A stretch of DNA of 63,525 nt, counting the filler, from Trichosphaerium sp. ATCC 40318 (lineage: Eukaryota; Protista; Tubulinea), in NCBI GenBank assembly GCA_038496445.1. It is 4 parts of 4 records of this genome, joined end to end, with 100 filler letters (N's around TTAATTAATTAA, not from the genome) between each part and the next. Parts side by side here need not be neighbours in the genome. Positions count along the whole stretch, not along the records: positions 48,605 to 60,289 come from JALMLS010000393.1; positions 60,390 to 63,525 come from JALMLS010000574.1; 2 more parts are not named here. One strand, 5' to 3'. Shown here one piece after another: positions 59,571-63,525 of this stretch. The position numbers and the translations under genes are program-made. The notes beneath the pieces are model-generated. The model was not told where the DNA came from. It searched no databases and saw only the letters and a list, made by a program, of their open reading frames with translations. Numbering within the stretch: the first letter of the stretch is position 1; each line of letters starts with the position of its first letter.

Positions 59571-59899
59571 ATAAAGAAATAGAAAACAGATGAAGCGAAT
59601 GATTTTATGAAAAAGGCGTTGATTTTTATTATTTTATAACCAACATGCTGGGAAATATATATGAATTTTTTTCTTATTTTTTTACTTAAACTACTTATAG
59701 TTTAAGTAAAAAAATAAGAAAAGTGTGTAAATTTTGAAAAAAAAAGAATGTTATTTGTATTATAAATGAATATTTAAAAAAGATAGTTATTTGTTTATAA
59801 TTTTTTATAGTTTCAAGGGAAGAAGCGAAATTAAAAATAAATTAAGTTCTTTATTTTATTTTTTTTGTTTTTTAGTAATTTTAAATATATTAATAAATA

Positions 59900-60289
59900 A
59901 TGTTAGTTATTTTAAAGTTTATATTTTATATTATTTTAATGTTTCCGTTTATTTTTGCGGAGCATTATTAACTTTATGGAAAGAAAAGTTATGGCTGGTA
60001 TCAAAGAAGGAAAGGACCTATGTAGTAGGTTTATATGGTTTATTACAGCCATAGCTGATGGGTTGAAATGATTTGAAAAGAAACAATAATTCCTCAATAC
60101 GCTATGGTATTTTATTTGTTTTTGCTCCTTGTGGTTGTTATTTTTATCTTAGTTCTTTTATCCTTATTACCTTTGTCTTTTTAAAATGTAATCATAGATA
60201 TAGATATAGTTTGATGTTGATATTTGTTATATCGTCATTAGGTGTTTATGTTTAATTTTTGCGGGTTGGGCAAGTAACTCAAAATATGC
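59900..60289 (+). CDS. nad1: NADH dehydrogenase subunit 1 cryptogene, 5' part (cut by the gap)
   Basis: With 11 single-nt insertions it reads [49 protein letters not shown]...ISSLGVYGLIFAGWASNSKYA. Confidence 0.92.
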
Positions 60290-60389
60290 NNNNNNNNNNN
60301 NNNNNNNNNNNNNNNNNNNNNNNNNNNNNNNNNTTAATTAATTAANNNNNNNNNNNNNNNNNNNNNNNNNNNNNNNNNNNNNNNNNNNN
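60290..60389. other. Artificial contig linker
   Basis: N-TTAATTAATTAA-N. Confidence 0.97.
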
Positions 60390-60544
60390 AGGCCGTATAA
60401 TCAACGAACTTGGAACATAAGACTTTTATAAATGTACAGGCAATAAGAATCAATCGGGAATAGAATGGTTAGTTTTGAAGGAACTTCCCAAGTGAAGAAC
60501 AGTCACCCGCCCTATCGGCCTTATTTGGGCTTCTCTTTTTGGAC

Positions 60545-60610
60545 GAACCTGCGCGGGACGAATCCCATACGGACCTTAACCGTACGCCTTAACCACTCGG
60601 CCAAACATGC
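60545..60610 (-). pseudogene. 3'-truncated tRNA-Leu(AAG) copy
   Basis: Identical to the first 66 nt of the intact gene; breaks at GGTTC in the T-loop. Confidence 0.85.
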
Positions 60611-60895
60611 CTTAACACACTAGATAGGCGTTTTGGTGCGGATTGGATACCCAAAAAGCAGCCTAAAAGTGCTACCTTGTTTTACCCCGAATTTCAAATC
60701 AATTTATGGTACATTGTTATTGTCATATATGTAGTTATCTGAGCTTCTGTGCTTCCTACAATATCATTAATCCTTTTTGAAAGTCCTAGAAGCCTATTTT
60801 TCTCACATCTTTCCTGAAACGCTTATTGTACCATCTTGTAACATGTTCAGAGACAGATTTAACTATTTATTACAATTATTTGTACAATCTGCTTG

Positions 60896-61156
60896 CGGAC
60901 CCACGTTTTTTCCGAATTTTTCGAAAGAAAAGATTCGAAAAAATAGAATTCGATACAAAAACCGAATGCCTATACCCACCAATGGATCACTATATGTGAG
61001 CGAAGGTCGGGTTCTAGTTCCGAGCACAGCGAGGACCCGACCGTAAGTGAACCAGGCGCTTTCTAGTTTAGTGGACTGCCCTAGCTATGCATCTTTCTAC
61101 GAATTCTATTTTTTCGAATTTTTGTTTTCGGAAAATTCGGAAAAAACTATGGCCCC
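60896..61156. mobile_element. MITE with ~48-57-bp imperfect TIRs and 8-bp TSD TCTGCTTG (second copy at 62362-62622)
   Basis: TIR core 60905-60952 vs 61100-61147; TCTGCTTG at 60888-60895 and 61157-61164. Confidence 0.75.
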
Positions 61157-61620
61157 TCTGCTTGTAAAGGACATAGCCTATAATTTATTGGCACACGTGT
61201 TAGAACTTTACAAGATACAGAGAATTCTGATTTTATTGTGTCAGGTTATGCCTCTCAAAAACAGCTACTCAATTATGTACAACATTCATAGTAACCAGGT
61301 AACTATCCAAGAAAACTAACACACTTTTCTGAAGTTCTCGTACATTCTTTGTGCTTTCATAATGTTTGTTTTGAAACAAAGTAGACAGTTTTAAACTGAA
61401 CTTTGAAAAAGTGCAAGTTTCAGGTATTTCATCACGTTGTTAACATTATAAAATAAACAGCCACATGCAAAAGCGTACAAGTGCGTTTACCAGTACAAAG
61501 AAATAATTCAGTGAATAATTTGTAAAAAACGCAGAAAGGGTAGCGAAAAAAAAATAAGTCTGTGGAATCGGCTAAAAACACTTTCAAAAAGTATGGCAAG
61601 TGCATAGAAGCAAAAACGGA

Positions 61621-61703
61621 TGCATGCTGCAGGACTTGAACCTGCGCGGGACGAATCCCATACGGACCTTAACCGTACGCCTTAACCACTCGGCCAAACA
61701 TGC
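61621..61703 (-). tRNA. trnL(AAG): tRNA-Leu(AAG)
   Basis: GCATGTT/AGCATGC acceptor stem, TGGCCGAGTGG A-box, TACGG-TTAAGGT-CCGTA anticodon arm, long variable arm, GGTTCAAGTCC B-box. Confidence 0.93.
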
Positions 61704-62907
61704 CTTAACACACTAGATAGGCGTTTTGGTGCGGATTGGATACCCAAAAAGCAGCCTAAAAGTGCTACCTTGTTTTACCCCAAATTTCAAATCCCCCGAC
61801 TACACAGTATTTTCTTTATTGCAATCAAGTCCATAAACGTTGTTATTAAAAGCACGCATACTGTGGTTGTGCAAGTTTGCTACATTGTAATTCTGGTGTC
61901 AACATTTAAATTGTCTGTTTTCACTTTACAGATTAGGTTGGAAATTGCTTCGTCTTTCCTTCTATCAAACCCTGTAGGCAGTGATCTTCTATTTTGTGGG
62001 GAAGTCGCGACTTCAGTTTTTCAGCTTGAATCATTTGGAAATTATTTTTAGGAGGGCACTGCCTTTTTTTAATGCAATACACGTGATGAAATACCTGAAA
62101 CTTGCACTTTTTCAAAGTTCAGTTTAAAACTGTCTACTTTGTTTCAAAACAAACATTATGAAAGCACAAAGAATGTACGAGAACTTCAGAAAAGTGTGTT
62201 AGTTTTCTTGGATAGTTACCTGGTTACTATGAATGTTGTACATAATTGAGTAGCTGTTTTTGAGAGGCATAACCTGACACAATAAAATCAGAATTCTCTG
62301 TATCTTGTAAAGTTCTAACACGTGTGCCAATAAATTATAGGCTATGTCCTTTACAAGCAGAGGGGCCATAGTTTTTTCCGAATTTTCCGAAAACAAAAAT
62401 TCGAAAAAATAGAATTCGTAGAAAGATGCATAGCTAGGGCAGTCCACTAAACTAGAAAGCGCCTGGTTCACTTACGGTCGGGTCCTCGCTGTGCTCGGAA
62501 CTAGAACCCGACCTTCGCTCACATATAGTGATCCATTGGTGGGTATAGGCATTCGGTTTTTGTATCGAATTCTATTTTTTCGAATCTTTTCTTTCGAAAA
62601 ATTCGGAAAAAACGTGGGTCCGCAAGCAGATTGTACAAATAATTGTAATAAATAGTTAAATCTGTCTCTGAACATGTTACAAGATGGTACAATAAGCGTT
62701 TCAGGAAAGATGTGAGAAAAATAGGCTTCTAGGACTTTCAAAAAGGATTAATGATATTGTAGGAAGCACAGAAGCTCAGATAACTACATATATGACAATA
62801 ACAATGTACCATAAATTGATTTGAAATTCGGGGTAAAACAAGGTAGCACTTTTAGGCTGCTTTTTGGGTATCCAATCCGCACCAAAACGCCTATCTAGTG
62901 TGTTAAG

Positions 62908-62973
62908 GCATGTTTGGCCGAGTGGTTAAGGCGTACGGTTAAGGTCCGTATGGGATTCGTCCCGCGCAGGTTC
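62908..62973 (+). pseudogene. 3'-truncated tRNA-Leu(AAG) copy
   Basis: Mirror of 60545-60610 in the inverted repeat. Confidence 0.85.
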
Positions 62974-63205
62974 GTCCAAAAAGAGAAGCCCAAATAAGGC
63001 CGATAGGGCGGGTGACTGTTCTTCACTTGGGAAGTTCCTTCAAAACTAACCATTCTATTCCCGATTGATTCTTATCTCCTGTAATGGGTAAAAGTCTTAT
63101 GTTCCAAGTTCGTTGATTATACGGCCTCTTTGGATAGAATAATACACTATTAAACTGTCTAAAAAGTTAAGACAAGTATAAATGTAAGGCAATAAAACGT
63201 GATAA

Positions 63206-63525
63206 TTAATTGTTTATTTGTTTTATGCCATTAACATAAAAAGAAGGAGGGTTTAGTCTATCTATATTACCATTAAAGTGCCAATTACGATCCATGCCTT
63301 CTTTTAAACCTTTTGAATACATGCATTTTTGTTTGAGTTGTCCATTAACATGCCATAACTTACTTTCTCCTTCAATAGCACCACTAACATAAAACCGATG
63401 CTCATGAATTTGTCCATTTTCATACCATCCTTTGTACTCTCCATGGAGCTTTCCGTTGACATAAAAGCACTTTCTAGTCAGTTGCCCATTCTCTAACCAA
63501 TTTCTTAGCTCCCATCCTTTTTACA
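63206..63525 (-). CDS. MORN-variant repeat protein, 3' part (runs off the right edge)
   Basis: WLENGQLTRKCFYVNGKLHGEYKGWYENGQ..GAIEGESKLWHVNGQLK..GLKEGMDRNWHFNG; not in the ORF track. Confidence 0.8.

Larger units (their letters stand above)
56452..60289 (+). other. Mitochondrial-type DNA segment (NUMT or chimeric join) carrying unedited cryptogenes
   Basis: Abrupt switch to AT-rich, C-poor, intronless sequence with nad11, atp9 and nad1 homology and TGA=Trp. Confidence 0.9.
60390..63127. repeat. ~1.05-kb inverted repeat (60390-61437 / 62081-63127) around a 643-nt spacer
   Basis: Arms are near-exact reverse complements; duplicated ORFs 60777/62472 and 61047/62199. Confidence 0.93.

Noticed and set aside
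56452-60289. Long-read homopolymer deletion errors or ordinary NUMT decay as the cause of the frameshifts
   Set aside because: Disfavoured, not excluded. All shifts have the same sign, long A/T runs and the 939-nt ORF312 stay in frame, palindromes are perfect, and conserved residues are otherwise retained.
56452-60289. Physarum-type C insertion or kinetoplastid-type U insertion
   Set aside because: C or U cannot restore Gly in CPVGA, LGFLGRG and LGGN, or Arg in TRC/ARC.
60960-61100. Self-cleaving ribozyme inside the MITE
   Set aside because: No hammerhead (CUGAUGA/GAAA) or clear HDV/twister core found by eye; only a hairpin is supported.
60777-62741. Duplicated 89/90-aa ORFs as proteins
   Set aside because: They run across MITE TIRs with non-ATG starts, and their identity only reflects the inverted repeat.

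Overview
Eukaryotic (protist, probably amoebozoan-like; inference) genomic DNA made of four contigs joined by artificial 100-nt N-TTAATTAATTAA-N linkers (21457-21556, 48505-48604, 60290-60389). Most of the window is gene-dense nuclear DNA with many short GT-AG introns. It encodes Vps34, an MFS transporter, an AlkB-like dioxygenase, an F-box/SH2 protein, a ZIP transporter, PRCC, a PP2C-RasGEF-RGS fusion, an FlK-type thioesterase, gamma-COP, a filamin-repeat protein, MCM6, F-box-LRR and MORN-variant proteins (inverted duplication), a RasGEF, an ELO elongase, S1P lyase, a CH-DH-PH RhoGEF and tRNA-Leu(AAG). The standout is an AT-rich, C-poor mitochondrial-type block at about 56452-60289 that the ORF track misses. 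It holds nad11, an atp9 fragment and nad1 as cryptogenes. Their frames are restored only by adding one nucleotide about every 30 nt (27 sites traced by hand, all insertions). G fits every site and is required at invariant glycines (e.g. CPV[G]A), and TGA reads as Trp. A neighbouring 312-codon ORF needs no correction. This points to a mitochondrial G-insertion RNA editing system, possibly in a lineage where none is described. Exon boundaries and several gene starts are approximate.
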